From the human T2T-CHM13v2.0 reference genome, Homo sapiens: a DNA stretch of 64,000 nt. Positions 1 to 13,002 of this stretch are shown here, in pieces (positions within the stretch are counted from its first letter, which is position 1; each line of letters starts with the position of its first letter). The notes beneath the pieces are model-generated. The model saw nothing but the letters and a program-made list of their open reading frames with translations. It had not been told where the DNA came from and did not search any database. Made by a program: the position numbers and the translations under genes. The stretch lies in NCBI RefSeq assembly GCF_009914755.1, contig NC_060928.1, one strand, 5' to 3'.

Positions 1-281
1 TTTTAGATGGAGTCTCATTTTGTTGCCCAGGCTGGAGTGCAGTGGCGCGTTCTTGGCTCACTGCAACCTCCGCCTCCCGGGTTCAAGCGATTCTCTGCCT
101 CAGCCTCCTGAGTAGCTGGGGTTACAGGCGCCTGCCACCACGCCTAGATAATTTTTATATTTTTAGTAGAGAGTGGTTTTACCATCTTGGCCAGGCTGGT
201 CTTGAACTTTTGACTTCGTGATCCACCCGCCTTGGCCTCCCAAAGTGTTGGAATTACAGGCATGAGCCACCGCGCCCGGCC
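1..281 (-). mobile_element. Alu (AluS-type), A-tail cut by window edge
   Basis: Reverse-complement Alu consensus from agatggagtctc to gagccaccgcgcccggcc. Confidence 0.95.
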
Positions 282-289
282 CAGCATGC

Positions 290-520
290 AGTTTTTTATA
301 AAAAAAAAAAAATTTACATGAAATGAAATACACCTATCTTAAGTGTACATTCCTCAACTGTTGCTAAATACATGCACCTGTGTAGCCTAAACTTCTACCA
401 AAATATAGAACATTACCATCCAAACCAGAAAGTTACTTTATTACCTTCCTAGGAAATCTCCACTCCTGCCCAAGATAACTACTGATGATGTTTTCCATCA
501 AGATGCTGCACTTTTCTAAA
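290..520 (-). mobile_element. Old L1M 3'-end fragment
   Basis: Motifs cttaagtgtaca, cacctgtgta, aatatagaacatt typical of L1MB-ME 3' ends; degenerate. Confidence 0.5.
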
Positions 521-2500
521 AGTGATGAGCTACTAAGTATAAAGGAATTACTTGTATCTTCAACTCCTGGGCTTCTAGATTCCAAAGATATCAACAATGA
601 CACCTTTCTCATTAAAATAAAAATATTTCAAATTATCCTTGTAAAATATTTAAGCACCTTTAATGTAGTTGAGTAAAAATTGAAGAGTTTTTAAACTAAA
701 AGGAATTTATTAAAATGGAGGCTGTGTTTACTCGGGGAGTGAATTAGGTAACTTCTAATCAAATCCCAGAGGGCCGGCAAGTTTATTCGCATTATGGATG
801 AATAACAACCACATTTCTTGTTCTTCAAGTAGTTGATTATCTTACAAATTTAGATCCACTTATGAAATTGCTAAGTAGCTCAATACCAGCCGTGTAGTAG
901 ATACACAACAAATATTTTTAAATGGAATAAAAGAGTGAATGAGAACAAGAGAATGAATGCAAAGGGAACTGATGCTTGCTGTGTTTAGGGCATGTGACTA
1001 ACAGAATGCTACATGCTTTCAATAATGGTGTTTTTCCATAAAACTATTCTGCAAATTAGGCATGCCTTTCACACCGTGAATGCTTCATACATCACTACAA
1101 CCACTAAAATGCGCCACTATAACTGCTGGAATGTACAGGCCCTAACTAAGGAGTTTTTATCCCCAAGAACATCAGAGCAGCAATTGCATTAGTCATCTGC
1201 AGTAAGGTTAACTAACCTTTTTATACCCCCAAAGTTTTCTCTGTGTCTGGACCAGAGAGGAGCAGCTTAAAAGAGATTTTATAAATATACACCATTGGCA
1301 TTTACTAATCTATTGCTCAATTATTCTAAAAATGGGAAAAATAGCAACTAATTTTTCTGGATCAGATAATTGGTAAGTAGAGAGACCTACAAAATCTCTG
1401 ATAAGTGGGATACATACATTACTAGTGCTGCTTATTAAAGGTGATTCAATGATAATCTATTGGGGAAGTGAGATGAGAAATTAGTAACGATATGCACCTT
1501 CCAAAATCAAGCTGGAAAATGGATTTTAATTATAATTCAGGGAGACAAGAGCTTGACTTCCAGTATAAAATGATGTCTATATAGAACAAATGAGACTTTC
1601 CAATTTTTTTATTTAATTACCATGCACAAAATGGAAAAAGCAAACATAAAAGGCAAAATATACAAATGAATACACAAAATAACATTAAACAAAAAATATT
1701 ACATCATTACCACATACTACCAAATAAGCTTTTATCACAATCTGGAAATACTTTTCACTAAGTGTAAAGCTGATGACTACTCATATTACACAGTCATCAG
1801 AGAAATACTTTTTAAGTACTTTGTCCTAGGGCATAATAGAAGATCCCCTGATAGTCTGTAGTCTACTTTAAGGACATTTTATAATGATTGGTGATGGATT
1901 ACAAATGAGGTCAGGAGTTTATTTCTTTTGCAGTAGTAATTTAAAATGTGTATTGCTAGGAATTCACTATTTAAGTTTAATGACTTTAAGTGATTGCAGG
2001 TTATGTCTTTTAAAATACGTAATAACCCTAAGGGTTTTGTCATTTGTACAGTCAACTGATATAAATGATTTAAACAGCTCTAGTATTTTGATTATATTGG
2101 ATCTATGAGTGCATTTAAAATATTTTAAGTTTTTGAATCCCGAGACATAGGTACAACATCTGTCACTGAATGAGATTTAGCGTTTCCACTAAGGCCCTGA
2201 TAGGAAACCTCAATCCTGTAATTTTGTAATATGGTTATAAAATCTTGGATAAGATCTGCTTTATTTGGAATGTGTCCATATTGTTCTTTGCCCGTGAATG
2301 CACACTGTTTATTTATTCATGAGATGGAGTAAAACAGAAAGTCATTGTGTTTTGGAAAATCATCCTCATAAGAACCATCGCATCTCTGGTAATTTGATTT
2401 AGCATGTCAAATGTTTGATTTCTAACTTGTTCTAAAATAGTTGTTATATGTCTAATTTCCTGATTCAACTCGGCAGTCTCATAGTGTGGGAAGTGACTGA

Positions 2501-2863
<363 letters not shown>

Positions 2864-3559
2864 TAATTTCACACTTTTATTTCAGAGTGGGCAAGAGTTG
2901 GTATTTAGTAATAATAATACATACATGATAGCACAAACCAGATAAATTCCTTGGGAGCAAAAGCTAAGTTCATCTAACAAAGAAGAAATATATTTCATTA
3001 AATGTTACTCTATTTTTATTAGGTACTTGAGTAGCTGGGCAGAAAATGATTAAGAAACATGGGATTAATACAAATGTACTCAAGTATATTGGCTACTTTC
3101 AATAGGTCCTGAACTATTTTCAATATAAAACTATAATAATACAAATTCTTTTATCAATGTAACCATTTGTATAAAGTATGTGGGGTATATACACTTGCAC
3201 TAGGGCCAGAGCAAATTTATAGAGTTCAATTTGTACCATAGTAGGCACTTCCCTTGTCTGGAGTTCATCTTCTTACAGCATGAACGTGAAACCTGGACTG
3301 TGACCCTTGAAGCTTACCATTTTATTGGAACTGTAAAGAGTTTATTTATTTAACTCCCTGGTGAAATGACCACTCCTTTACAAGCAATGTCTCTACCTGA
3401 AGTAATGTTTCCTGCCTTAAAGACAACTTTGTATTTTGTTAGTTTTGGGAAACCAGTTTTCTTTAGATTACTATCTGCAGAGTATATATCTTTTTCAAAC
3501 TTTTACTTTCAACATATGTCTATATATTTTATGTGTGTCTCTGAGAACCAGAACATGTA

Positions 3560-5620
3560 TAGGTTTTCTTGTCGTTTGCTTTTAATTGAAGTGCTTAGTT
3601 TTGTATGTAATTACTGATATATTTAGCCTTATATCTACCACCTTACTACTATTGTTTTCAGTGTGACCTGTTTTTGTCCCTTTTTCTTTTTTTCTACTTT
3701 GAATTACTAAAATATATTTTAGTTTTCCATTTTTCTTTTCTATAAGCATGAAAGTCATATGTTCTTTCACTTTTCTTTTAGCAGGTACCTCAGAAATTAA
3801 AGCACACATCCTTGACATTGTAACTAATACAAATAATTACATTCACTTCTTCCCTGACAATGCTTGCACATTTATTCACAAGACATTATATCATCATTTA
3901 GTACAGTCAATATTATGTTTACCTGATTTTTTTTTTTTACTTTCCTTTGCTCTTTAGTTTTACTGCATTTTGGCACTTCTACATAGGACCAATTTCTCTC
4001 TATCTAAAACATTATCTGTAGTTTTTTGTTGTTTTTTTTTTCAGTGCAGCTTGACTGAGGAAATCTCTTTTTCCAAAGTAGCCTTTATTTTGCCATCTCT
4101 TTCAAGGAATATTTTAAGGGATATGGAATTCTAGTTGGCATATATTTTCATATAGCACTTTAATAATTGTAATTGTTTTTTTTTTGGCTTTCCTCTTTTA
4201 TGGTGAGAGGCCACTGTCATTGTATTGTTATTACTCTAAGTTTGGGGTTTCGGTATTCTCTGGATGATTTTAAGAGTCCCTCAGTGACTTTTCCATTGTT
4301 TTATTACAATGTAATTTTGTGTAGGTTTTTTTTTTTAATTTACCTTGCTTAGAGTTCGGCTAACATATTGAATCTATTGGTATAAATAACATATCCATTT
4401 AAAAAAACTGTTGGTCATTTTCTCCTCCAATATTGCCTCCTCCCAATTTTCTAGATAACACATTATATATATGTTTGACATTTTAACAGTGTCTCACATA
4501 CTTCTTTTATCTACATATTTTTTTCTGTGTGTTCATTTTGGATATATTTGATTTTTTTTACTAACCTGTCTCCAATTCACTAACCGTTGGTGCATGTCAA
4601 TTATGCTATAAAACCCATTTGTTTTTAACTTTAGTTACTATGTTTTTAACTTCTAAAATTTTTATTTGATTTTTTAAAATTCCAATTCTCTGACAGAATT
4701 ATCCAATATTTTCTGTATTTTTTGTCTATTTTCTTGTTAATATTAATATCAATCATTGCTGTTATTTAGTCCTTCTTTGGTAATTCTAACAGCTTGATCA
4801 TTTGGGGATTTCTTTCTATTGTCTATATTTTCATCTTAGCATTTTGGTCAAAGGGTCAATTGTCTTGAATTTTTTTCCTTTTTCTTCATTTTTAAATGCC
4901 AGAAATTGAAAAAAAAAAAAAATAGAGAAGTTCCATAGAGGATTTACCTTTCCATCTTTTGGCAAAGAGGAGGCTGATGATCCTGATCCAATGGGACTGA
5001 GCTGAATTGAGGTTGTGGGCAGTTTTGATGATGTTCTGTCAAGATTCCAATTCATACCTGCTCCAACCATATGGCTTCCCGAGGCTTCCAAATGAGAGCT
5101 TGTATGCTCACAAGGGTCTCTCTGCATGATAGTAAATACAATTGAATTTTTGTATGCTTAGTATCATGAGACTACAAACAACTCCACCGCACTATTAGGG
5201 ATTTTCTGCTAAGCTTATTAGCTTACTGTTATACGTGGCATCACAATTCAACAAATGTCTTAAAAGGAAAACTAGCTATAGTTAGTTTTCTATTCCTCCA
5301 TTCTTGCTAGGATTTTAGTGCCTTGAGTCTCCAATGTTGTTTCCTGAACAAGACTGCAAAAGCTCTGCTGTTCATTCTATCTTAAAAAATCATCTCAACC
5401 TGAGCAAAGACTAGATTTTCAACTTTTTGTCCTGTGTACAGATTCTTTAAATTTATGCAGAAAAATAGCAGCTATAAAATATTAGCCCACATCTTTAATG
5501 TTCCTACTTCTTCAGAATCTGGCCACCCCTATTCCTCATTCCAGCAACAGCCGAGTTTGTTTTTGTTTTTATTTTTTATTTTGTTTCCCATTGTTTCTAG
5601 CTTTCAGTGAAATCATTGTT
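3560..5620 (-). mobile_element. Ancient L1M/HAL1-like remnant
   Basis: Long T-rich degenerate stretch with L1M-like antisense motifs (atatggaattctagttggca, tctccaattcactaa); subfamily not resolvable. Confidence 0.5.
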
Positions 5621-5644
5621 CTTCTTCAAGCTACTTCATTATGC

Positions 5645-7010
5645 CATGATTCATTCATTCAATATATGTTTCATTAGTGAATATGAGATAAGGCACAAGC
5701 ACTATTTTAGATTCTAGGAATACAGTGGTTAATCTAAGACTTTGCATTTGCAGTGTTATATTCTACTGGAGGTAGATCATTAAAATATATACTAATAAAT
5801 ATGTCAATTATCAGGTGGTGATAAGCCCAATGAAGTAAGAAGATAAAGGGGATAGCAGAAAGATGATGATGCCACTTCATATGGCATGATCAGAGATTGT
5901 CTGCCTGGCAAGGAGACATTCAAGGTGGTCAACATGTAGTTAACAGAGTGATCCATGTGTATGTCTGGAAAGAGTGTTGGCCAACAGAAGAAACAGTTAA
6001 GTGAAAAGTTCTAAGGCCTTTTCATGCCTAGTGATGCTGAGGAACAGTATGCTTATAGCAAAGTGAGTGAGGCAGAGTGTTTAAAAAATAGCAGGTGGTG
6101 CATTGGAACAATCATTTCCAACTTGTATTTATATTTAAATATATTTTAAATATGTATATTCATAAATGCAACATGACATTGATAAAGACATTCCATTTTA
6201 ACTTTACTGAAATAGCTATTAGGAGAAGAGACATAATCTTTTATTTTAGAAGTTCACTCTGTCTTTTGCTTCCTTCCACATAGTAGCATGCAATTAGGGA
6301 GACAAGTTGAGAATCTTTTGCCATAATTCAGAAAAGATATAATCAACGGCAGAGTGTAAAAGTGTGGCCTCTTGAGCTAGACCTCCTGGGTTTGAATGCC
6401 AGCTTTGCCAATCATTAGCTGAATAATGCTGCTTAATATCTCTGCACCTGAGTCCCGGACAAGGAAAGGCTGAGGAGCAAGTAAAAAGCTTTAGATATAT
6501 TTGAGATGCTAGTTGTACATTCAAGTGGAAATGTAAACTACAGTCTGGAACTCAGTGAGTAGATTCAGACTGAAGTTAAACATATGGGTAGTGCAGAAGA
6601 TATACTATATGCAAAGTTACAAGACTTGATGTATTCCTCTAGGACTTAGGCTACCCAGTAAAGGAACTGAGAAGACTGACTTGTGAGGAAATAGGAAAAC
6701 CACAAGACAGTAGGATCCTAGAGACCAATACTAGTAGAATTATTACACAAAGGAGGGTGCTTAACTGTGTAAAATGCTGTAGATGGTGATAGGTCAATAT
6801 GATGACTGAAAACTGGTCATTACAGTCATGAATAAGGTTGTTCTGACCTTGCCAGGAGCAGTTTTCGAAGAGTAATGGGAAACAAAAGGCTGAATAAAGA
6901 AGGTTCAAAGAAAGAATGAGAGGTTAAAAAGAGAAGGCAGCAAGTTAGACAAATGTAATGAAGAGTCTTGCTGCAAACAGGAGCAGACAAATGAGGCAAT
7001 AGTAGAGGGG
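5645..7010 (-). mobile_element. L2 fragments, interrupted by a MIR
   Basis: ttcattcattcaa tail, aggcacaagcactattttagattctagg, cagtctggaactcag; purine-rich L2 antisense body. Confidence 0.7.
6350..6450 (+). mobile_element. MIR fragment
   Basis: ctgggtttgaatgccagctttgcc...cttaatatctctg core. Confidence 0.65.
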
Positions 7011-7575
7011 AAGATGAGATCCTCCCCAGTGAGATATAAATGCTACTTCTATCTTATGAAGGTTGTTGTTAAGCCAGTCAACAGGCTGTAAAATCATGGT
7101 TTGGGTCAGCTGGGTTGATTGAAGTGAGTTTGTGTGTCTCTGTAGTCTAGTGTATTGGTTGATTACTCAGTCGTTTAACTGAGAAGCTCTCTTGGTCTTT
7201 CTTTGAAAGGTTCAGCAACATTCTTTATCAGATGTTATGAAAGATAGGGCATCGTTGCTGGAAGAGTGGCCTTGATATGAGAACTCGAGTCTTTACAAGC
7301 AGACCCCAACAGTCATTTTGCTGAGTCACAATTTTGAATTTTATTCTATATTATTTTAGTGTTCATGTTATTTAGCTAGCTGATTTCTAAGCAGTTACAT
7401 CTCAACATGTCTTTCTTTTCCTCCATTAATCATATGGTTATTGTAACTTTGATGTGATGCCAGAAAGTTATTCTGAGATTTGGAGCAACAAGAGCACAAG
7501 GACTAATTATTTCAAGTACCAGAGGGTATTCTGCTCATCATATATCAATATTAACAAATTAACACAAAAACGTGA

Positions 7576-7966
7576 TGTATTACTTTGCTAAGGTTACCAT
7601 AACAAAACGCCTGGGTGGCTTAAACAACAGAAATTTATTTTCTCATAGTTTTAAGGGCTGGAAGTCCAAGATCAAGATGTCAGCAGGTTTGTTTTCTTAT
7701 AAGGTCTTTCTCTTCACTTTGCAGACACTCTCCTTGTTTCCTCACGTGGCCTTTCCTCTGTGGCTGGGCATCCCCAGTGTCTCTTTGTATGTCCTAATTT
7801 CCTCTTAGGACACCAGTCAGAATGGATTAGGGCCTGTCCTAATAACTTCATTTTAACTCAACCACCTCTGTGAAGGCCCTACCTCCAAATATAGTCACAT
7901 TCTAGGGTACTGGGAATTAGGATTTCAACATATGATTTTTGGGAGAAGACAGTTCAGCCCATAACT
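7576..7966 (-). mobile_element. MLT1-type (ERVL-MaLR) solo LTR
   Basis: ctgggtggcttaaacaacagaaatttattttctca...gaagtccaagatcaag...gatttcaacatatga...cagcccataac. Confidence 0.85.
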
Positions 7967-8038
7967 TGTGGTAATCTGCTTTATTAGTGCATAACATATG
8001 TTTTAAAGGATGAAGAAAACATTGCTAGAAGCAGTTTT

Positions 8039-9460
8039 TTAATTAAAAAAAAATTTAATTTTTATGGGTACATAGTAGGTGTATACACTTATGGGGTATA
8101 TGAGATGTTTTAATATAGGGAAGCAATGTTTACTAATCACTTCATGAAAAATGGGTTATCCATCCCCTCAAGTACTTTTGTGTTAAACAATCCAGTTATA
8201 CTCTTTTAGTTATTTTAAAATGTACAATTAAACTGACTATAGGCACCCTGTTGTGCTATCAAATGCTAGGTCTTATTGATTCCTTTTATTCTTTTGTATC
8301 CATTAACCATTCTTATCTCATCCCACCACCCTCTCACTACCCTTCCCGGCCTCTGGCTGCCATCCTTCTGCACATCTCAATGAATTCAATTGTTTTGATT
8401 TTTAGATCCCACAAATAAATAACAGGTGGTTCACTTAGCATATTGACCTCCAGTTCCACAGATGTTGCAAATAACAGAATCTCATTCTTTTTATGGATGA
8501 ATCGCACGCCATTGTGTATAAGTACCACATTTTCTTTATCGATTCGTCTGTTGATGGACACTTATGTTGCTTCCATATTTTGGCTACTGCTGCAACAAAC
8601 ATGGGAGTACTGCTATCTCTTAGATATACTTATTTCCTTTCTTTGGGGTATATATACAGCAGTGGGATTGTTGGATCATATGGTAGTTCTACTTTTAGTT
8701 TCTTGAGGAACCTCCCATTGTTCTCCATAGTAATTGTACTTACATTCCCACCAAGAAGTTTCCCTTTTCGCCACAATCTCACCAGCATTTATGATTGACT
8801 GTTTTGGGGGTATAAACAATTTTAACTTAGGTGAGATGATTTCTGATTGTAGTTTTGATTTGCATTTTTCTGCCAACTTATGTTGAGCATCTTTTCATCT
8901 TCCTGTTTCCCATTTGTATGTCTTCTTTTAAGAAGGGTATATTCAAATCTTTGCCAACTTTTAATCAAATTATTAGATTTTTTCCTGTACAATTGTTGAG
9001 CTTGTTATTTATTCTGGTTATTAATCCCTTGACAGTTGGATAGTTTGCAAATATTTTTTGCCATTCTGTGGATTGTCTCTTCACTTTGCTGGTTGTTCTC
9101 TTTGCTATGCAGAAGTTTTTAACCTGATGTGATCCCATTTGTCCATTTTTGCTTTGGTTGCCTGTGCTTATGGGGATATTACTCAAGAAATTTTTGCCCA
9201 GCCCGTTGTCCTAAAAAGTTTCCTCAATGCACCATGTTGCTGCTGCTAGGGGGTTGGGGAGGAATGGTGTTGATTCAAGACCGTATTTTCTACCCCTTCA
9301 GTGCCTCCTTCAGTGATAAGAAGTTAAAACCAGGTACTGTGAGTGCTCATCTGAGTTTTGGTTCATATGAAGTTTGTTTTCTGTGTAGATAGTTATTAGG
9401 TTGGTGTCCTTTAGTGAAGGACAGTTGGAAGAGCCTTCTATTACACCGTCTTGATCTGCC
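8039..9460 (-). mobile_element. L1MA-type element: 3' end/ORF2 tail (8039-9229) joined to an L1 5'-end segment (9230-9460)
   Basis: L1MA 3'UTR and ORF2-end motifs; 5'-end motif gttaaaaccaggtactgtgagtgctca; 15/16 TSD tgctagaagc(a/g)gtttt at 8023-8038 and 9461-9476. Confidence 0.85.
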
Positions 9461-9610
9461 TGCTAGAAGCGGTTTTGAAAACCATTAGGGTCAACTAAGA
9501 TCAAATGAGAGCTAGGAGGACTAATACATTAATAACTAACATTTATTGTATCTCTACTATGCTGCTATATATGTATCTATTTCATATACCTGGCTCGTAA
9601 TTTGTGTGAG

Positions 9611-9613
<3 letters not shown>

Positions 9614-9641
<28 letters not shown>
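9614..9641 (+). repeat. (TG)n microsatellite
   Basis: About 14 uninterrupted GT units. Confidence 0.95.
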
Positions 9642-9644
<3 letters not shown>

Positions 9645-9992
9645 AAACAGTTGTTGAAAAAAGTCAACAAGTTAACATTCCTACTTCTCAGATGAGGACA
9701 TTTGGGCTCTGAACTTTAACTCATAAAAAGGGTTAAATCTGCAGAGGTATCTCAATTATCAAAACTTTTATATTCAACATATAGTGGCTGTGGCAGAAAA
9801 GGGGTAATACAATGTAATTTGTAATATTTTAAATAAAAAATGTTAAAATAATTATACAACTTAAAAACATAAACTTTAATTACCTGATTCATTTCTGTGC
9901 TTTGCATTTCCTGATCATTAGAAATTAAATGTGATGATTGTACACATGACAGAAAAATGGTCACATTTTACAACTAATTCTGCCTTAACTAA

Positions 9993-10763
9993 TTGGTAAC
10001 AGTGAAACAGTAGAAAAACTAACATAACTAACTCCATTTTTTGTTTAAGGGGTCTTTACCTATTCCTGCTCACAGGCTAATTTTAGAGCACTGAGAAAAA
10101 ATTCAAAGAAAACAGTCATGTAGTTTTCTTAACTAACTCTGTGATTAAAGGAAAAGTATGTAAACAGCTATGTTTTGTTAAAGATTTGCAGAAGCAAACA
10201 CCGCATGTTCTCACTCACAGGTGGGAATTGAACAATGAGAACACTTGAACACAGGGCTGGGAACATCACACACTGGGGCCTGTCAGGAGGTGGGGGGTTG
10301 GGGGAGGGATAGCATTAGGAGAAATACCTAATGTAAATGACAAGTTAATGGGTGCAGCAAACCAACATGACACACGTATACCTATGTAACAAACTTGCAC
10401 GTTGTGCACATGTACCCTAGAACTTAAAATTTAAAGAAAGAAAAAAAAAAAAAAGAGATTTGCAGAAGCATTGTGACCTGACCATGGACGAAGCAGCTCC
10501 AGCTGCCTCAAACTCTGACTAGTATCCAAATTTCTGCGGTTGTGGCGCACATCTTGATCCCAACCCTTTCCTCTTCCTGCTACCCTAAACATAAAAACAG
10601 CTTGAAATTTGTACCGACTTAAAATGGTACTTTAGGTCACTAGTTGGCCATCTTCTTGGTTTGCTGGCTTTCCAAAATAAAGTTGCCTTCCTTGTTCCTT
10701 GTTCCACCTCCTTAACTTACTGGCTGTTGTGAGGCAAGCAAAATGAGTTTGGGGTTGGTTACA
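9993..10763 (+). mobile_element. ERV1-class solo LTR (MER34/MER39-like), interrupted by L1PA
   Basis: ctccatttttgtttaagggg near the start; TATA-like cataaaa, aataaa at about 10676, ends ggttaca. Confidence 0.6.
10197..10455 (+). mobile_element. 5'-truncated L1PA 3'UTR with poly(A) and 15-bp TSD
   Basis: accgcatgttctcactc...gtaccctagaactta, A-tail, TSD agatttgcagaagca at 10182-10196 and 10456-10470. Confidence 0.95.
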
Positions 10764-11160
10764 AGTTCATTTGAGTAAGGAAGAATATGTAAGTCTTCAT
10801 GCAAATTTTGTTAAGATGGTGAAAGTTTTAATCTTCTTCCTAAAGTGATTATTAAAACTTTAAAAAGATGCAAATATCTGCATGCTACAACCTGTTCAAA
10901 TACATTTAATGCATTTACAAAATTGCTTTTGCATTATATTTTTGAATTAAAAATTATGCAATTCAGCAGCTAATATAGTTACGTTCATAAGTCATATTTT
11001 TGCTTCAATTATTTTTGTTTGATTTTGAGTTCTCAGTGACACTTTGATGAATCATCAGGTAATGATTTCTTTAGAAATCAAATATTTAAAAACCATGTCT
11101 AATAATTAATTTTAGGGCTACAGAAATAAAATTGAGAGTGCCTTTGAGCACTTTGAGTGC

Positions 11161-12800
11161 TTTGCTTTTTTGTTTTTTTCTTTCTTTTTTTTTTTTTCCT
11201 GTGACTAAGCCTTCATTATGCAAGCCTGAGTCCCAACCTCAGGTCTGCACTGGTTGTGGAGGAATTCTCCTCCTTAGAGGTGGAAATAAGCCACCTCTGA
11301 CCCTACCACCTCCTATTCCCAGCCACACCCAAAGTCTCAACACAGGTTCTGGGCTGGGGGAGGGGAGAACCAAGTGGCCTAGCCAGAGGCAGGGGCCAAG
11401 GTTGGATTTCAGAAAGTCCTCTTGATGGAAGTGGGCTCCTGTCCCTGCAGGTAGTGAATGGGGTGGCAGGACTTGCTGGCCCAGTTTGGGCACAGGGATA
11501 CTACTTGGTTAAATGAATGGTGAGAGATTGAAGGGTGGCCCTGGTCCTGCAGCTCAGGTGGGCTGCTCTGGCTGTGGGTGTACTCTGAGGTGGAGGGTCC
11601 CACAGGAATATGTGCAACCTGGTTCCCTGTGGGGAGGGACAGGTCAGGATAGGAGCTCTGGTGACCCCAGACCCTGATTTGCTATCCCTGGAGTTCCGCA
11701 GGCTGAAGTCCATGGACCCAGGTAGATGCAGTCACAGGGCATGGGCCCAGGCCTTTCACAGGCTCCCCACCTCTTGGGTCACTGCCTCTGCACAGAAGGA
11801 AAGAGAGAAGCCACCATAAAGGAGAGAAAAGACATTGGGGAAGGCAGAGATAAGAGAATAGAAAGGGTGGAGATGATGAGAAAGGAGACAAGGGGAGGAC
11901 AAGAAGCAGGTAAAGGGAGATGAGGAGTCCAAGAACAGACAATAGAAGTGGGAGGTGGCTGTGAGAAGGCAGTGAGCTGGAGAGGGAGAAGGCAGAGGTC
12001 CTCTGGGAGAAGGAAGGGAGGGAGAGAAGGGCCAGGCAAGAGAGCCTTCAGAGTTGAGGTCCCCAGACTTGGGCTAGGCCTAGCGAGACGTGAGCTCCAA
12101 TGACTTCTTCAGCCTCTTCTTCAGTTCCAGTGGGAAGTTCTTACACACGGGCTTCATGTCAAACTCCACAAACTTGATCTTCAGAGTGAGCCTGCTCTTG
12201 CAGGTGGAGCGGGAGAAGCAGTTCACACACATCAGGCCTTGTTGAGGGCCAACACCATGTCACCCTTGACCTCATGGCTGCAGCTACAGCAGATGTCCCA
12301 AAGAGCTGGCTGTAGTGGATCTCAAAGTAGGCCAGGCCCTTCTTCTCATAGTGCCAGGGCCCCAGGAATGGCTTCTCACACTCAGGGAAAAGAGCTCTGC
12401 ATGCCACCACTCTTTGCCCAGTGTATTCACTATGTGGCCTTTGATGGGCTGGCTGCAGTCCCTAGAAATGGGGACAGCATCTTGTCAATGCAGGGCAGGC
12501 AGTAGAGTTCACCCTTCAGCTCATGGGCCTCACCAGTCAGCTCCTTCCTACAGTGGATGCAGCTGAAGTGGCCTGGGTGACAGGCACTGTTCCTGAACAT
12601 GAGGGACTGCTCATGAATGACCAAGTGGCACTGCTGAGGTGCCAGACACTTGTGCCAGTCCCTTGGCCTTCTCATGGTGTGGCAAGGCTGGCAGAGATGC
12701 CTATAAACCAGGGGTGGTACTATGCATCTTGTAGGGATGTGGCTGGTCAGCAGCTTCTCGTCAATACAGGCCACAGAGCCTGTAATTGTGCCTGGTTCTC
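11161..12800 (-). pseudogene. Processed, 5'-truncated LIMS2 (PINCH2) pseudogene
   Basis: Intronless homology across frames to LIM domains 2(end)-5: [65 protein letters not shown], and the LIMS2-type end PK..DLNS. Contains frameshifts and stops. CDS-like part 12048-12700, GC-rich 3'UTR of about 850 nt, AATGAA signal (11212-11217), decayed poly(A) at 11161-11197. Confidence 0.93.
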
Positions 12801-12996
12801 AGCAAGTGGGTCTTTAAATAAATAAAGCTACTTACAGTGACCTGTTTGGAAAAACAATACAGCCAGTTTGAAGTATATATTAAATTCAAATTTTTTTAAA
12901 AAGAAAAGAAAGCTAATCTATTTGATCTATTTCACAATAACAACCTTCAACTTCTGAAAATAATAAAGTCACATTCAAGTAGACTTGTAAAACAAT

Positions 12997-13002
12997 TTTA
13001 AT
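12997..13002 (-). terminator. Probable distal poly(A) signal ATTAAA of ARAP2
   Basis: tttaat on + strand; U/GU-rich sequence follows in mRNA sense; agrees with the recalled UTR length of about 1.9 kb. Confidence 0.6.

Noticed and set aside
8337-9392. Cluster of overlapping ORFs (also 18715-18945, 37440-37625, 40637-41026, 46023-46259)
   Set aside because: All lie in L1 remnants; fragments of ORF2 or antisense frames.
11132-12825. Many overlapping 64-114 aa ORFs suggesting a functional LIM gene
   Set aside because: GC-rich retrocopy with frameshifts, stops and lost zinc ligands; no intact LIMS2 frame.
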